DNA of 64,000 nucleotides from Euprymna scolopes. Its lineage: Eukaryota. Below are positions 62,626 through 64,000 of this stretch, in pieces (within the stretch, counting starts at the first letter, position 1; every line of letters starts with the position of its first letter). A program made the translations under genes and the position numbers. The stretch is from NCBI GenBank assembly GCA_053919585.1, contig CM132786.1; one strand, given 5' to 3'. The notes under the pieces are model-generated. The model made no database searches. It was not told the origin of the DNA and saw only the letters and a program-made list of their open reading frames with translations.

Positions 62626-64000
62626 TTCATTGCACGGTTAGGTTTAACAATGTAAGCTTACATAAAATAATTCTACCTTTATACGCTCACAATATTTCTA
62701 TGAATATCTATACGTGTATGTGTAATTGTTAGCAGATGTTTCCAGTTATTATGGATGTGTTAACATACAGTAACAATTACACATTTATTATTATTATTAT
62801 TATTCCGAGGAACCTTATAAATATTTTGGATATGTCGTTAGAATAATTGTATCACATAATGTTAATGTTTCAGCATGTTTTACAGTATTTTGCTTATGCC
62901 CACTTTTTGTTCGATGCAGTTGCTCTCTTCTCAAGCGCTATTAAAGGCCATAGTGAAACCTTTCTATACGTATTATTACATCAGTTGCAGTGCTTCCGCC
63001 GAGAAGCAGATTGATTATGCAGCCTTGCATTCACGCCATTCTTTAATGCGTTTATTTCAGTAAATAATCATTTTACTGTAAGCTGGCAGGGTTTTAACTC
63101 GCTTCTCGCAGTAATAAATGAGCAGCAAAGAAGATACATATGATTCATCTGTAAAAATCGTGTGACATATTTTGCGTTTTATTTTAACGATTAGATCGAA
63201 TGTTATTGCAATTGATTCATATGCAATTTGTTTTATTTAGAATAGTTTTTAAGGTGCATGAGTACATTATAATTTAGCGTAGAGATTAATTACAAAAAAA
63301 GAAAAATATTACTCTACGCATACACTCCAAATCCACTTCGAATAAAACAAATTAAATTCCCAGAAACACGATACACATTGCATCATTTCAAAATCCTTTG
63401 ATGACAAAATTTGGAATCTGATACGATAGTGTTGGTGTTATTTTGATTGTTACATCTTTTGTCTTGCTAGTTATTGCTGTTTATTTGTTATGGCATTTCA
63501 TTTCTTGTAATAAATAATTGTATCAATAAATCGTCAAGTTTTTGTTTCGGTTTCGATTATAGCTGAAGAAACCCAAGTTCAATTCAAGCCGAAGCACCCA
63601 GGTCATATAGATATATCTTTTTTTAATTTTTGAAATCTTACCTTTATAATATTAAATTATCGATAAAACATTGATTTATAATCATATATACGAAACATGC
63701 ATCAGATAAAATATCATTTTAAAGCGTATTTTACGGCAGAGCTACGCCAGGCGTACCTGCTAACTTAGATAAATATTTTGTAGTTTATACAAAAACGGTA
63801 AAATGATATCGTATCCTCTTAATTTACACTTAACATCTGCAGAATGCCAACATCAATGCATGTAAAAGGGTCCACTGTTGAATACCCACAGGTCCTGCTA
63901 GTTTAATTATTAATTTCGCAATTTCCTTTTTGGTTCTAAATCTGCATTATACTTTATTTTGCTTTTATATCGGCAAGTATTCAGCATCGTCCAGATTATC

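Noticed and set aside
63735-63902. Helitron 3' ends (CCTGCTAAC, CCTGCTAGT)
   Set aside because: Hairpins are weak and no matching 5' ends were identified.

Overview
AT-rich eukaryotic (probably invertebrate animal) scaffold with eight N-gaps, made up almost entirely of nested transposable elements and (TA)n microsatellites. No host protein-coding gene could be supported. Main contents: (1) two families of single-ORF CR1/Zenon-like LINEs (APE+RT), with one uninterrupted 975-aa ORF at 13440-16367 and about ten degenerate copies; (2) a decayed autonomous Helitron (Rep+PIF1 helicase) split by a copia LTR element and by that LINE; (3) non-autonomous Helitrons, mariner fragments, MITEs (one Merlin-like with an 8-bp TSD, one TTAA-flanked), a solo LTR, a GC-rich RTE LINE with an 11-bp TSD and a 97/64-bp higher-order minisatellite. 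The most unusual signal is non-coding: at least three, possibly four, distinct families of type I hammerhead ribozyme motifs, mostly next to (TA)n tracts. One is fused directly behind a tRNA-like Pol III A/B-box head (22343-22471), suggesting a small self-cleaving SINE/retrozyme family. All calls are by-eye motif recognition. Boundaries without a stated TSD are approximate.
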